Source: an uncultured Rikenellaceae bacterium
GTDB taxonomy: Bacteria > Bacteroidota > Bacteroidia > Bacteroidales > VadinHA17
DNA length: 64,000 nt
Direction of reading: 5' to 3'
Assembly: GCA_964466705.1 (NCBI GenBank)
Contig: CAYXSM010000014.1
Span: forward strand, 28,028-92,027
How positions within the stretch are numbered: position 1 is the first letter of the stretch; the number at the start of each line of letters is the position of its first letter. The notes under the pieces were generated by a model, which did not search any database, was not told where the DNA came from, and saw only the letters and a list, made by a program, of their open reading frames with translations. This document shows, piece after piece, positions 20,566 to 31,257 of this stretch. Both the position numbers and the translations under genes were made by a program.

Positions 20566-21045
20566 ATGGTAATCAATAATAAAATCGATAATTTCTTTGG
20601 ACCGTCAGGTACTTTTGCCGGATATGCCTTTTTAATATCAGGAGCAATCTGGACATATTTCAATCCTGCCGGATTGTTTTTTTTGGCGGCAGGCATATTT
20701 GTGGCTTTTACTTTCGATGGGACAATTATTGATATTAATTCCAGAAGAATTAAAAGCTATACCTGTCTTTTCGGTTTATTCAAAGCAGGTAAATGGTATA
20801 GCATCGATAGATTTAATAAGTTCATTATTTATAAATCCAAGCGTAGTTATACGACCTACAGCAGAGCAAATATACCTTTGACAATAAAAAATATTGATGT
20901 TAGGTTGGCATTTTTAAATGATGACGGATCACTAAAAATCACGATTAATAAATTTAACTCATTTGAAACAGCCAGAAAGGAGATGACTAAACTAATTACA
21001 GAGCTTGGTATCAATGAATTAAAAGAGTGGGCTAAACAGAATTAA
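20566..21045 (+). CDS. Hypothetical membrane protein
   Basis: The track ORF starts at TTG 20536; ATG at 20566 gives MVINNKIDNFFGP. Two predicted TM helices plus a soluble C-terminal domain. Confidence 0.55.
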   Translation: MVINNKIDNFFGPSGTFAGYAFLISGAIWTYFNPAGLFFLAAGIFVAFTFDGTIIDINSRRIKSYTCLFGLFKAGKWYSIDRFNKFIIYKSKRSYTTYSRANIPLTIKNIDVRLAFLNDDGSLKITINKFNSFETARKEMTKLITELGINELKEWAKQN

Positions 21046-21058
21046 ACATCAATCCCGG

Positions 21059-22627
21059 ATGAATAAAGCAGCAAAGTATATTATAGCATTCTTAAATGGC
21101 AGAATCCGTACTTCATTGATCAACCCGGAAGGAGTTCTGAAAATTATTTTGTTCCAAATTCTCATATTGCTAATGGCAAACTCATGCGGAGTTGACAGAG
21201 ATCAAGCTGATAAGGTACGGGTTTCTGTTGACTGGGGAAATAAAGTTAACATTTCCGGGTCATATGCCACCCTTCAGGTTATCCCCAATCCTTCACACCA
21301 GCAGGGTTCTCATCTTCGTGAGCCTTTATGGAACTCATTGCGGGGGCTGAAGGCTCATTATGTTCGCTACAGCCCATGGGGCATCTATCCCGAATTGAAG
21401 ATAGCCGAGTTAAAGCCTCCAACTCCGGTAAGAACATACTGGGATTTTTCTTCTCTTGATCCCTTATTTGATTACTTCATGTCAGCTATGGAAGGAAGGC
21501 CTGTTGTAATGAATTATCAGGCGATTCCGGGATGGATGTTTCTTGATCCACGCCCGGAAAAACCCGGCAAAGAGATTGGCAGCCTGTTCAGAGATAATTC
21601 AGGTATGGAACTTGCTGAATATTTTGCCAGAATAGTTGCATGGTATACAAAAGGAGGATTCAGGGATGAAAATGGGAAATGGCATGAATCCGGGCACAGA
21701 TATGATCTGGGTATCTGGGAGATATTGAATGAACCCGACCATGAGAGCATTGCAATGACAAAAGAGCTCTACACCTCACTTTATGATGCAGTGGTTGGGG
21801 AGATATTAAAAGTGCAACCACAGATGAAATTTATGGGCCTGTCTATGGCCAATATGAATCTGGCACAGGAATGGACCTCTTACTTCCTGGACGGGAATAA
21901 TCATAAACCGGACGTTCCTGTTGACTACATTTCATATCATATGTATGCCACACTTCCCGGGAAAAATGACAGCCCGGAACTCTATCCCATGAATGTCTTT
22001 AATCAGGCTGACAATCATCTGAAGACCATTGGCATTGTTGATTCGATACGTCAGAAACTATCACCGGATACCAGGATTGATATTAATGAGAGCGGCATCC
22101 TGTTCAGGGAACCCCCGGCAGGTTGGGGAAGGATGGAAGGTAATTCTATTGATCATTCTTTCTGGAACCTCTCTGCAGCTTATTATGCATACATATATGC
22201 CGGTCTTGCAAGGATGGGAGTTAACATTATAGGAAAATCAACATTGTGGTCTGATCCGAATGACTGGCCCGAAGTTTCTTTGTTAAACTGGAATAACGGG
22301 AAACCCAATGCAAGATATCATGTACTTAAACTTATTACAGAAAACTTTGGTCCGGGTGATGTTATTGTTGAAACGGTCACAGATCATTCCGGGGATGAAA
22401 GCCAGCTTCTTGCACAGGGGTTTATTACGTCTGGCGGAACAAGGAAGATATTATTGGTCAACAAGAGTAAGAACACTCTTAAGGTAAGAATCCCAGGATG
22501 CAAAGCTGGGACCGTCAGTTATGTAGATCAGACAACAGGATTTGAGCCTCCTGCTTCAATGGAAATTTCAGGATCTGATATGATAATCCGAAGTTTTGGG
22601 GTGGCTCTTTTAACTCTAAAAAGATAA
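21059..22627 (+). CDS. Glycoside hydrolase, clan GH-A TIM barrel (family not assigned)
   Basis: 522 aa. Lipobox LLMANSCG. IWEILNEPDHE (acid/base NEP motif) and IDINESG (candidate nucleophile). Confidence 0.65.
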   Translation: MNKAAKYIIAFLNGRIRTSLINPEGVLKIILFQILILLMANSCGVDRDQADKVRVSVDWGNKVNISGSYATLQVIPNPSHQQGSHLREPLWNSLRGLKAHYVRYSPWGIYPELKIAELKPPTPVRTYWDFSSLDPLFDYFMSAMEGRPVVMNYQAIPGWMFLDPRPEKPGKEIGSLFRDNSGMELAEYFARIVAWYTKGGFRDENGKWHESGHRYDLGIWEILNEPDHESIAMTKELYTSLYDAVVGEILKVQPQMKFMGLSMANMNLAQEWTSYFLDGNNHKPDVPVDYISYHMYATLPGKNDSPELYPMNVFNQADNHLKTIGIVDSIRQKLSPDTRIDINESGILFREPPAGWGRMEGNSIDHSFWNLSAAYYAYIYAGLARMGVNIIGKSTLWSDPNDWPEVSLLNWNNGKPNARYHVLKLITENFGPGDVIVETVTDHSGDESQLLAQGFITSGGTRKILLVNKSKNTLKVRIPGCKAGTVSYVDQTTGFEPPASMEISGSDMIIRSFGVALLTLKR

Positions 22628-22653
22628 TCAGCGGCTAAACAAAATGAATTAAC

Positions 22654-23202
22654 CTAGAGACAGTACCTGTTTATCAGTTCCTGTTCATATCCCGATCTTA
22701 TCGCTCTTTTTGCAATGAGTTTCAGGACAGGAAAAATAAGGGTAAAGAATCCTGGAATATTCATGTCAGACATGTTTGCCACTAATGCCAGATCCTTTAT
22801 ACTTCTGGGAATTCCCTTTTTGTCGGTAAGTCCGTCGGCAGCCATTCCATAAAGGATCCGTAAGGAATTTTCAAAACCCTCATGACCTGGCTTTATTTCA
22901 ATCCTGAACTTAATTTCTCTGCCGGATGGATTAAACCAGTAGTGAAGTGTGTTGGGCTCTACTGTGTGTGATTCTCCGGGTTTCAGGATTTTTGTTTCGT
23001 TTCTGCCCAAGCCAACGCCTACCTCCCCGTCTAATGGTGCAAATGTTTCTGAATAGCTCCTGTGATAGTGCATGGGATTTTTACCACCGGCCTGAAGGAT
23101 AATCTCCATTTCAGAGATCTCTCCTCCTGATTCGGCAGATGTTCTGACAAATTTTACTTCGTCCCTGAACAGCGGATTAACAATTATTCTTTTCATAGCC
23201 AA
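22654..23202 (-). CDS. Cupin-domain protein
   Basis: 182 aa. GGKNPMHYHRSYSETF..GESHTVEPNTLH matches the two cupin motifs. Confidence 0.75.
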   Translation of the reverse strand: MAMKRIIVNPLFRDEVKFVRTSAESGGEISEMEIILQAGGKNPMHYHRSYSETFAPLDGEVGVGLGRNETKILKPGESHTVEPNTLHYWFNPSGREIKFRIEIKPGHEGFENSLRILYGMAADGLTDKKGIPRSIKDLALVANMSDMNIPGFFTLIFPVLKLIAKRAIRSGYEQELINRYCL

Positions 23203-24028
23203 TAATTTGATTTAATCTGAAATAGTTACTTTCGATACTGTATGCCGGGGCTGGTATATAGAACAATTGGTAATTAAAAAAGTTTATTGCACGAAGAGGC
23301 AGAAAATCTGGTCACGCTGAACACTTTATTCCGGACCAGCTGTAAGAACCTGATGCGCTGATGATATTCAGACGGTTAGAAATTAAAGTTATAATCTGAA
23401 TAACATGAGTTCGATATAAGAAAATTACATACAACATTGATTGTTAATAAAATAACACTATATTGACAGTATTTATATGATATATAATCAATTGCAAAAA
23501 AGATTCTTTCCAAATCTGTTGTGCAGGTCTGACAAATACAGACAGAATCTGTAGAAACCGCAGACCCGGATCATCTCTTGCCGTTTTAAACTGTAAATTC
23601 CGCAATATTGAACACCTTTTTCCAGTTTATAATGAACAGTTAATCAATACTTATATTTGATTTCTTTTTACGCATTGATATTATGATGTTTACCAGCCGG
23701 GGTCAATTGTTTTGCCAAATCCGGAATCACAATGATAAATGAACACCGGTATCAGGTGCTCAGTTTGAGCGGATTTTCCGGAAAGGGAGCCTGTAAAGGT
23801 AAAAATCCGCCTTTCTCTGGTTACTTCAGAAGAAGATCTGAAAGCTTTTATTTTATATGTGGAAACAACAGTAGTTAACTCTGGATCCGGGTGGTCATAT
23901 ATATCTGGCTGGTTATGGAAATGATCGGTGACAGACTCAATATTCTCATCAATTTACTTGACTTTCAATATTTAATGGCATACCTTAGGTTTAGTTTTTC
24001 ATATAAACTTAAACTGGGAGGTCATATT

Positions 24029-24406
24029 ATGAAAATTAGCACTTTCCTGATTATTAAATCCGTTGTCTGTATCGTTTTTGGCATTGGATTTGTCGTTTTA
24101 CCGGCTTTGACAGGTTCCGTTTATGAAATCACACCCGACCCTGATGGATTAATCATGACAAGGTTTTTTGGTGCAGCCTTTCTGGGAATAGGCCTTATTC
24201 TCTGGTTTTGCAAAGATGCCGACTGGAAAACACTTAAAGGTATTACACTCTCCTTGCTTATTGCCGACATTATTGGTTTTATTGTAGCGCTTTCTGGTCA
24301 GTTGTCTGGCAACATTAATGCCCTGGGATGGATCAATGTAGCACTCTGGCTCTTTTTCGTCTTAGGTTTAGGGTATTTTCGTTTCCTGAAACCAGACAAG
24401 GCCTGA
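24029..24406 (+). CDS. Small 4-TM membrane protein
   Basis: Start moved to ATG 24029 (MKISTFLIIKSVVCIVFGIGF), preceded by GGAGG. The 23891 GTG extension is AT-rich and non-coding-looking. Confidence 0.6.
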   Translation: MKISTFLIIKSVVCIVFGIGFVVLPALTGSVYEITPDPDGLIMTRFFGAAFLGIGLILWFCKDADWKTLKGITLSLLIADIIGFIVALSGQLSGNINALGWINVALWLFFVLGLGYFRFLKPDKA

Positions 24407-24525
24407 CTGCAAAGGCAGTGCTGGCCGGGCACATCTGGCCGGTCAAATGTTCAAAAAATAATTTACACAATAACAGATATTTACAGCTGGCTGAAGATGG
24501 CCAATCAATTCTGCCGTGAAGTGAT
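24402..24525 (+). repeat. Intergenic repeat, family B copy I
   Basis: Overlaps the stop of the preceding gene. AATAATTTACACAATAACAGATATTTACAGCTGGCTGAAGATGGCCAA..CTGCCGTGAAGTGAT. Confidence 0.7.
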
Positions 24526-24644
24526 TTATGTCATTGTCATATGCAACTGATGTATTATTATCATTTAAAACCGGAATTAATCAACATAATTGTTCAGATA
24601 ACAATACCACGGATAATGTCATGTAAAAAAGGAAGGGGGATATT

Positions 24645-25694
24645 ATGGAAAACAATATTGACCGCAGGGATTTTCTAAAGCTGACAACAGCCACAGGGAC
24701 TGTTCTTATTTTGGGTAATATTATGCCACAGGGTATCATTGAAGAGGAACCTGTTAAGACAGAGGAAGCAGAAAAAATAGTAGTCACGGTAATTACTGAT
24801 AATTATACAGATGCCCTGAGACCGCATGATAAGATTGCCAGGCGACCCGAGGGCACAACCTCTGTACTGGATGTCATAATGCATGCCGAGCATGGCCTGG
24901 CTTATCACATTGAGACTGTTGTGAATGGTCAGACTCATTCTTTTCTTTTTGATTTTGGAACTGATTATCAGGGGATCAAAAGGAATATCGGGTTATTAAA
25001 TATTGATTTAAAGAATGTTGAGGCATTTATTCTGAGCCATGACCATTTTGACCACCAGGCGGCATTGATAGAATTGCTTGAAGATAATAAAGCATACATC
25101 ACGCCTGAGATCCCTTTTTATGTCGGGGAGAAGTTCTTTTCCGGAAGTTATTTCAGAATATCCGGTGATTATGTTGCAAGCCTTCTTGCATTGAAAAGAG
25201 AAGACATTGAGAATCTTGGTCTGGTTAAAATTGTAGAGACAACACTCCCAACGCAAATTATACCAGGAGCGTATCTCATCGGTCAGATTGACCAGGTTAC
25301 GGATTATGAGAGAATACCGCCTGTATTTTTAACCAGAAGGGAAGGTCAGCTTGTACAGGATGATTTTATTGGTGAACAGGCTGTCGTAATGAATGTCAGA
25401 GACAAAGGACTGGTTGTGATTTCGGGCTGTGCCCACAGGGGAATTGTGAATACGGTCAGGCAAGCTCAAAAGGTCACAGGAATAAAAAAGGTTCACGCTG
25501 TCATCGGAGGATTTCACCTTACAGGAGCCAGTCCGGAAACAATTCATAGAACCGTTGCAGATATAAAAGGCTTTTGTCCTGATTATATTGCCCCGTTTCA
25601 TTGTACCGGATTTGAAGCGATTTCAGCCTTTGCAAGGGAAATGCCTGAGCAGTTCATGCTTAACACCACGGGTACCCGATACATAATGACTTAA
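24645..25694 (+). CDS. MBL-fold metallo-hydrolase with twin-arginine signal
   Basis: 349 aa. NIDRRDFLKLTTATGTVLILG (Tat) and ILSHDHFDH (HxHxDH). Confidence 0.8.
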   Translation: MENNIDRRDFLKLTTATGTVLILGNIMPQGIIEEEPVKTEEAEKIVVTVITDNYTDALRPHDKIARRPEGTTSVLDVIMHAEHGLAYHIETVVNGQTHSFLFDFGTDYQGIKRNIGLLNIDLKNVEAFILSHDHFDHQAALIELLEDNKAYITPEIPFYVGEKFFSGSYFRISGDYVASLLALKREDIENLGLVKIVETTLPTQIIPGAYLIGQIDQVTDYERIPPVFLTRREGQLVQDDFIGEQAVVMNVRDKGLVVISGCAHRGIVNTVRQAQKVTGIKKVHAVIGGFHLTGASPETIHRTVADIKGFCPDYIAPFHCTGFEAISAFAREMPEQFMLNTTGTRYIMT

Positions 25695-25834
25695 AGGTTG
25701 CTGATTTTCTATTTGCATAAAGTGAACAATTCAAGGAAGACTAAGAAGAAATCCATCGTTGATATCTGAAACAGTGATATACCCCCGGGAGAGGAATAAT
25801 TAAATAAATCCAATGAGTTACAATTATTCAAAAC

Positions 25835-27715
25835 ATGAAAGCAATTACATTATTATCTTTGCTTGTAATGGCATTTTGCAGTTTTTTAAATGCTCAGAAC
25901 AAAGGATTATATGAGTTCCGTGAATTTCAGAAAGCTGTAAATAACCAGACGAGAACAAGAACCGGAGAACCCGGAACCGGGTACTGGCAGAATTCCTCTG
26001 ATTACAGTCTCGAAGCCAGAGTTGATGCTTCAAAGAATACTCTTTCAGGGAAAGGGTCAATAACTTATCATAATAATAGCCCTGCAACACTGAAGGAGAT
26101 ACACCTCAGACTTTACCAGGATTTGTATAAGAGGGGCACAGCACGCTCTGTTTCACTGCCGGTTGAGGACCTGCATGACGGGACTTTTATAGGAAATTTA
26201 AAAATAAACGGGATCCAGTACATAGCAGATAACAAACCTGTCAACAAGAACCAGGTAACCATCTTTTGCACAGATCTGTGCATAAATCTTGCAGATTCAA
26301 TCCCTTCCGGAGGTTCAGCGGCAATAGAATTAAGCTGGAATTTCACAATACCTTCATCAGCTAAGGTTATGAGACATATGGGCCGGTATGACGATAATTT
26401 TTTTCTTGGCCAATGGTACCCCCAGGTTGCTGTTTATGATGATATAAGAGGATGGGATGATACACCTCATCTTGGGTTGAAGGAGTTTTATAACGACTTC
26501 AGCAATTTTGACATTACCGTGCATGCTCCTGAAGGTTATATAGTCTGGGCAACAGGAGAGTGCGACAACCTGAACAGTGTTCTTGATGAGAAAATAATTG
26601 AAAAACTCAATTTTGCCAAAAGCAATGATTCCATAGTTTCCATAATTGCACCTGAAGATCACCAGAGAAGTATTATCAAAGGAAATGCCTGGCATTTCAC
26701 GGCAGATCATGTGCCGGATTTTGCCTTTGCTGTGGCAAAGAATTACCTATGGAAAGGCACTTCGATAATAGCAGATAAACAATCTGACAGACGCGTCCTG
26801 GTCGATATTGTCTATCCTGCCGATTCTTTGCAGTACTCAAAATCGATAGTGGCTGCCAGGGATGCTCTTTTATGGACCTCCTATGAATTTCCGGGTATTG
26901 CTTTCCCTTATGCTCATGCGACTTCTTTTTTCAATGGTTCGAGAGATGGTGTGAGTATGGAATTCCCGATGATCGCCAATGATGCAACAAGATCTGATCA
27001 TAACCTGCACACTGCCATAGTGGTGCATGAGCTGTTCCATAACTATATGCCCTTTTATATGGGCTTTAATGAAACGCTTTTCGGATGGATGGATGAGGGA
27101 TGGGCGGAGTTCCTTGAGAACAGGTTCAGAGGAGACAATTATTCAATATATGAGCAGAGAGACCTGGAAGATTATGTGAATGCTGCGGGAACTCTTTCTG
27201 ACTCGCCGGTAATAACAGCATCGGCGGAACTGAGCTTTGCCAGTTTCGCATTTATGTATCTTGTGAAACCCTGTATTGCTTTGATGTTACTGGAAGAACT
27301 GATGGGAGAAGATGCTTTTACAAAAGCAACCAAAGAATTTATGACGATATGGAACGGAAAGCATCCAACTCCTTGTGACTTTTTCAATACATTCAATCGG
27401 TTCGCCGGAGGGAATATCAACTGGTTCTGGAACGCATGCTATTTTGAATATGGTTATGCTGACCTGGGAATAAAATCCTTTGGCAGAAACAAAATCATTA
27501 TTGAAAGAAAAGGAAACATCCCTGTGCCAATCAGACTTGAGATCATCTTTGATGATAATTCGAAAGAGAAAATCTACAGGAACCTTGATATATGGGAAGC
27601 AGGTATAACTGAACATCCTATCGGGCTCAAAAAAGGCAAGCATATTCAGAAAATAATCCTGGGAGATAAACTTACCCCGGACGTTGACAATTCAGATAAT
27701 GTTTATCCGAAATGA
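25835..27715 (+). CDS. M1-family zinc metallopeptidase (aminopeptidase N-like), secreted
   Basis: 626 aa. Signal MKAITLLSLLVMAFCSFLNAQ. HELFHNYMP (HExxH) followed by WMDEGWAEF. Confidence 0.85.
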   Translation: MKAITLLSLLVMAFCSFLNAQNKGLYEFREFQKAVNNQTRTRTGEPGTGYWQNSSDYSLEARVDASKNTLSGKGSITYHNNSPATLKEIHLRLYQDLYKRGTARSVSLPVEDLHDGTFIGNLKINGIQYIADNKPVNKNQVTIFCTDLCINLADSIPSGGSAAIELSWNFTIPSSAKVMRHMGRYDDNFFLGQWYPQVAVYDDIRGWDDTPHLGLKEFYNDFSNFDITVHAPEGYIVWATGECDNLNSVLDEKIIEKLNFAKSNDSIVSIIAPEDHQRSIIKGNAWHFTADHVPDFAFAVAKNYLWKGTSIIADKQSDRRVLVDIVYPADSLQYSKSIVAARDALLWTSYEFPGIAFPYAHATSFFNGSRDGVSMEFPMIANDATRSDHNLHTAIVVHELFHNYMPFYMGFNETLFGWMDEGWAEFLENRFRGDNYSIYEQRDLEDYVNAAGTLSDSPVITASAELSFASFAFMYLVKPCIALMLLEELMGEDAFTKATKEFMTIWNGKHPTPCDFFNTFNRFAGGNINWFWNACYFEYGYADLGIKSFGRNKIIIERKGNIPVPIRLEIIFDDNSKEKIYRNLDIWEAGITEHPIGLKKGKHIQKIILGDKLTPDVDNSDNVYPK

Positions 27716-27738
27716 ACGAAGAGACTAAATAACATAAG

Positions 27739-29052
27739 ATGAAATCACTAATCGCCCTTAAGAAAATTCTTTTAACAGTTCTGTTACTGATATCTGTTGC
27801 AGAAATTTTATCTGCGCAAACCGGCATTTATACAGTGATCAGGGCTGGCAGGCTGATTGATACTGAAAATGGGAAAGTACTTAATAATCAAATGATTTTG
27901 ATCAGGAATGATACCATCAAGGAAGTTGACAGCAATATTAAAATCCCTGAAGATGCCAATGTTATTGATCTGTCAAATGCCACTGTTTTACCCGGTCTGA
28001 TCGATTGCCATACCCATATTACAATGGAAATCGGAGATAATTATTATGATGACACTTTTCGTAAATCGTTTATCGATTATGCAATTATGGCTCCCGGGTA
28101 CGCTAAGAAAACCCTTGAGGCAGGTTTTACTGCATGCAGGGATGTCGGTTCATCGGGATTTGTGGATGTTGCTTTGAGAAACGCAATAAACAATGGTGAT
28201 ATTCCGGGTCCGAGACTGCAGGTAGCCGGATTAGGTCTCAGTAGCACTGGCGGCCACGGTGATCTTGTTGGATTCTCTCCCTGGCTGGACTCAAAATTAC
28301 CGGCAGAAATGACCGGAATAGCTGATGGGGTTGATGAGATCAGAAAAGAAGTTCGTTACATTATTAAGAACGGAGCAGATGTTATTAAGTTCTGTGCCAG
28401 CGGAGGTGTTCTGACTGAAGAAGAACTTGTCGGAGCACCACAATATTCACAGGAAGAAATGAATGCAATCATTGATGAAGCAAAGATATGGAGTAGAAAA
28501 GCATGTGCCCATGCTCATGGTTCTGAAGCAATCAGGATGGCAATTAAAGCTGGCGTTGTTTCTGTTGAACACGGCAGTTTAATCGATGATGAGGGCATCC
28601 GGCTGATGAAAGATCGTGGGACTTATTTAGTTGCTGATATTTACAATGATGATTATATCTTAAGCGAATTTACCAGGAAGGGTTATCCCGAGAAAATAAT
28701 TAATAAAGAAAAACAGGTTGGACAAGCTCAACGTGAAAATTTCCAGAGAGCATTAAAAGCTGGTGTAAAAATCGCATTCGGAACTGATGCAGGAGTATAT
28801 CCTCATGGTTGGAATGCAAGACAATTTTCATACATGATCAGATGGGGGATGACTCCAATGCAGGCAATTCAGTCGGCCACCATAATTGCAGCAGACCTCC
28901 TGGGCTGGAAAGACCGGATCGGATCCATTAAGCCGGGAAAGCTGGCAGATATTATTGCCACGTCAGAAAATCCTCTGGATGACATTTCAACATTGGAGAA
29001 TGTCAGGTTTGTGATGAAAGGCGGGAAGGTCTATAAAAACATAAATGAATAA
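27739..29052 (+). CDS. Amidohydrolase-family metal-dependent hydrolase, secreted
   Basis: 437 aa with a signal peptide. LPGLIDCHTHI, ACAHAHG, AFGTDAG. Lies 23 nt after the M1 peptidase, so likely an operon. Confidence 0.85.
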   Translation: MKSLIALKKILLTVLLLISVAEILSAQTGIYTVIRAGRLIDTENGKVLNNQMILIRNDTIKEVDSNIKIPEDANVIDLSNATVLPGLIDCHTHITMEIGDNYYDDTFRKSFIDYAIMAPGYAKKTLEAGFTACRDVGSSGFVDVALRNAINNGDIPGPRLQVAGLGLSSTGGHGDLVGFSPWLDSKLPAEMTGIADGVDEIRKEVRYIIKNGADVIKFCASGGVLTEEELVGAPQYSQEEMNAIIDEAKIWSRKACAHAHGSEAIRMAIKAGVVSVEHGSLIDDEGIRLMKDRGTYLVADIYNDDYILSEFTRKGYPEKIINKEKQVGQAQRENFQRALKAGVKIAFGTDAGVYPHGWNARQFSYMIRWGMTPMQAIQSATIIAADLLGWKDRIGSIKPGKLADIIATSENPLDDISTLENVRFVMKGGKVYKNINE

Positions 29053-29081
29053 TGTTCTGAATTGTCTATACTGCGCAGTAT

Positions 29082-29197
29082 CACGGTGATGACACCTGGG
29101 CAAAGGCGTTTAATCCCAATATCAAATTTACCAGGACTAAAACCTTAATGGAAGGGCATGACTGTTGTGATCATTGTTACAGAATATGACCTGCCCT
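29082..29197 (+). repeat. Intergenic repeat, family A, degenerate copy N
   Basis: CACGGTGATGACACCTGGG..CAGAATATGACCTGCCCTG. Starts 30 nt after the amidohydrolase stop. Arms diverged. Confidence 0.4.
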
Positions 29198-29279
29198 GAT
29201 TAAGTGTTTATGAAAATAACACCTTCATCAATTAAACGATGAAGGTGTCTTGTTGCTCAGTCGGGGTGAGAATATTTAC

Positions 29280-29501
29280 TCAAATTCCCTCATAGCTCTC
29301 AACAAGTACTTTTGTATGTAATTCCGGTTCCTCATTAAAAGGGTAATGCCCTGATTTTTCAAACATAATAAACTTCGCCTGCGGCAGGACAATTATCCGG
29401 AACATGTTGTAAAGCTGATAACTATTGTGGTCAATGTAATACCCTGTTCTGAAAGAGCACAATGTGATTAACCCCCAGTCGATCTGGGGGCAGGCATCCA
29501 C
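29280..29501 (-). pseudogene. C-terminal remnant (~75 aa) of an alpha/beta hydrolase
   Basis: KFIMFEKSGHYPFNEEPELHTKVLVESY is the conserved His-containing C-terminus of proline-iminopeptidase-type hydrolases. An in-frame TAA lies just upstream and no N-terminal 200 aa is present. Confidence 0.6.
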
Positions 29502-29738
29502 CCAATACCATACAGCCGCTTGCGCGGCTTATTGATGCAACAGAATAATACTTGTATGTATCACAGTTTTCCAGTGCAAAAATGACTTCAGCCTGAATAT
29601 GGTGTGAATTTGATATTGGCCTTGATCCGGTCTTGCTTAATGCTGTAAAAAATTGGATTAAACAAGACTGGCCATTTAAGAGAGTTACCTATCCCGGAAT
29701 AGATATCAGCTGGACAGAATGGGAATTATTGGAGTAAT

Positions 29739-30986
29739 TTAAAGCTTGAGGATCCAGTTACATTCTTTATCTAAAGCGTAGGAAATAATCCGGAATTGAA
29801 AACCCGGGTAACATTCGATGAACTTCTTACTTCCGGCAGGTCTTACTCCCGGACATTTTAACTTAACTTCAATTGCCAATCCTTCTTTAGACGACGTAGA
29901 TACAATAAAATCGACCTCCTGCCTATCAGTTGTCCGCCAAAACCTGATCATATCTTTATCATATATTTCAGACAGCCGGTTAAAAACGTAGTTCTCAATT
30001 AATTGTCCCTGGTCTTCCCTGTCTTTGAAATCAAACAGGCGATTCAGGACAATATTTCTCATGCCGGAATCTTTAAAAAACACTTTGGGCATCTTGGTAA
30101 GCTCTTTTCTGTGGTTGGCATAAAAAGGTTTTATCAGCCCTATATGAAAACAATTCTGAAGGACGTAAATGTATTTATCAACGGTTTTATTATCGACTCC
30201 GATGGTATTGGCCAGTTCATTTTTGTTTACAAGGTTTCCTGTCTGTCCCGCTAAAAGGACAAGCAGCAGATAGAATTTTTCGGGATTGGCAATTCCGGCT
30301 TCATCAATATCCTTTTTCAAGAATGCATTCTTTAATTCCTTAAGCAGTAAGACCTTTTCTGCTTTGTCATTTTCCAGTACTATTGACGGGTATCCCCCAT
30401 AAACAAGGTATTCATTGAATAACTGTAAGAGTTGTCTGTAATCAGGAGAAATATATTCACTCTGGACCCTGATCAGGTTAAGCTCATCGAGAAAGTTCTG
30501 GTAGCCCCGGAATATCAACCATTCATCAAATGAAAGCGTTTTAAGTTCAAATATCCGTTTCCTGCCGGCCAGTGAATCTTTGAATTTACTGTCTATATAA
30601 AACGCCCTGCTGCCTGTTGCAATCACCTTAAGGTTTTCACCATATACATCATAGAGGTATTTAAGGAAATTTGAAGGATTTGCAGTATACTGGACTTCAT
30701 CGATAAACAGAAATACCCTTTCAGCCCCGTTTTGAGTTCCGGTTAATGGTTTTACAGGCCGTTTTACAAATGAGAAAACCTCCTCTGGGTGGATATTGAT
30801 CGCTGATAGGATGTCACGGTCCTCCAATGTGATGTAAGCAACTGTTTTGTTTTCATTCTGTAATTCCCTGTATAAGTCCTTGATAAGTGAAGTTTTGCCA
30901 CTTTGCCTGGGACCAGTTATAATTGTAAATTCCTTTCTTACAAGATGTTTCCTTATTTCCGGATGGATTTTACGTTGGATATACAT
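29739..30986 (-). CDS. AAA+ ATPase with C-terminal DUF4143-type domain
   Basis: 415 aa. Walker A GPRQSGKTS and Walker B LFIDEVQ. Architecture typical of stand-alone ATP-binding proteins. Confidence 0.85.
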   Translation of the reverse strand: MYIQRKIHPEIRKHLVRKEFTIITGPRQSGKTSLIKDLYRELQNENKTVAYITLEDRDILSAINIHPEEVFSFVKRPVKPLTGTQNGAERVFLFIDEVQYTANPSNFLKYLYDVYGENLKVIATGSRAFYIDSKFKDSLAGRKRIFELKTLSFDEWLIFRGYQNFLDELNLIRVQSEYISPDYRQLLQLFNEYLVYGGYPSIVLENDKAEKVLLLKELKNAFLKKDIDEAGIANPEKFYLLLVLLAGQTGNLVNKNELANTIGVDNKTVDKYIYVLQNCFHIGLIKPFYANHRKELTKMPKVFFKDSGMRNIVLNRLFDFKDREDQGQLIENYVFNRLSEIYDKDMIRFWRTTDRQEVDFIVSTSSKEGLAIEVKLKCPGVRPAGSKKFIECYPGFQFRIISYALDKECNWILKL

Positions 30987-31226
30987 GGCAATTTTCTTTC
31001 AAAAATACTAAATTAAATAATACTGGACAATAATTCCATAAATATACGATATTATTGGATTCTGATTCCATAATTCCGCACATAATAAGAATTTGTCAAC
31101 TCCCTTTTAAAAAGTTTTGTGCAGATCAGGCTGGATCCTCTTTCTATTTTGTCTTAATCCCATAATTTGTTGAAATACAGCATTTCATTATTTTTATATG
31201 ATCACTTAAAAATCCGTGCTAAATAA

Positions 31227-31257
31227 TTGACTTCAGCCTGAATATGGGGTAAATTTG
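31227..31257 (+). promoter_or_regulatory. Bacteroidota-type promoter (conserved module) for the 31301 gene
   Basis: TTG (31227-31229), 20 nt, then TAAATTTG (31250-31257). Lies 43 nt upstream of the ATG. Confidence 0.6.

Noticed and set aside
13754-22627. Canonical polysaccharide utilisation locus
   Set aside because: There is no SusC/SusD pair or associated regulator, and the genes are not a single operon.
23650-23880. Possible decayed paralog of the 33213-33533 ORF inside the 0.8-kb AT-rich gap (minus strand ..RRIFTFTGSLSGKS.. versus MRFIFTGHLSGYR)
   Set aside because: The similarity is limited to about 12 residues, with stops and frame changes around it. It cannot be distinguished from chance without a profile search.
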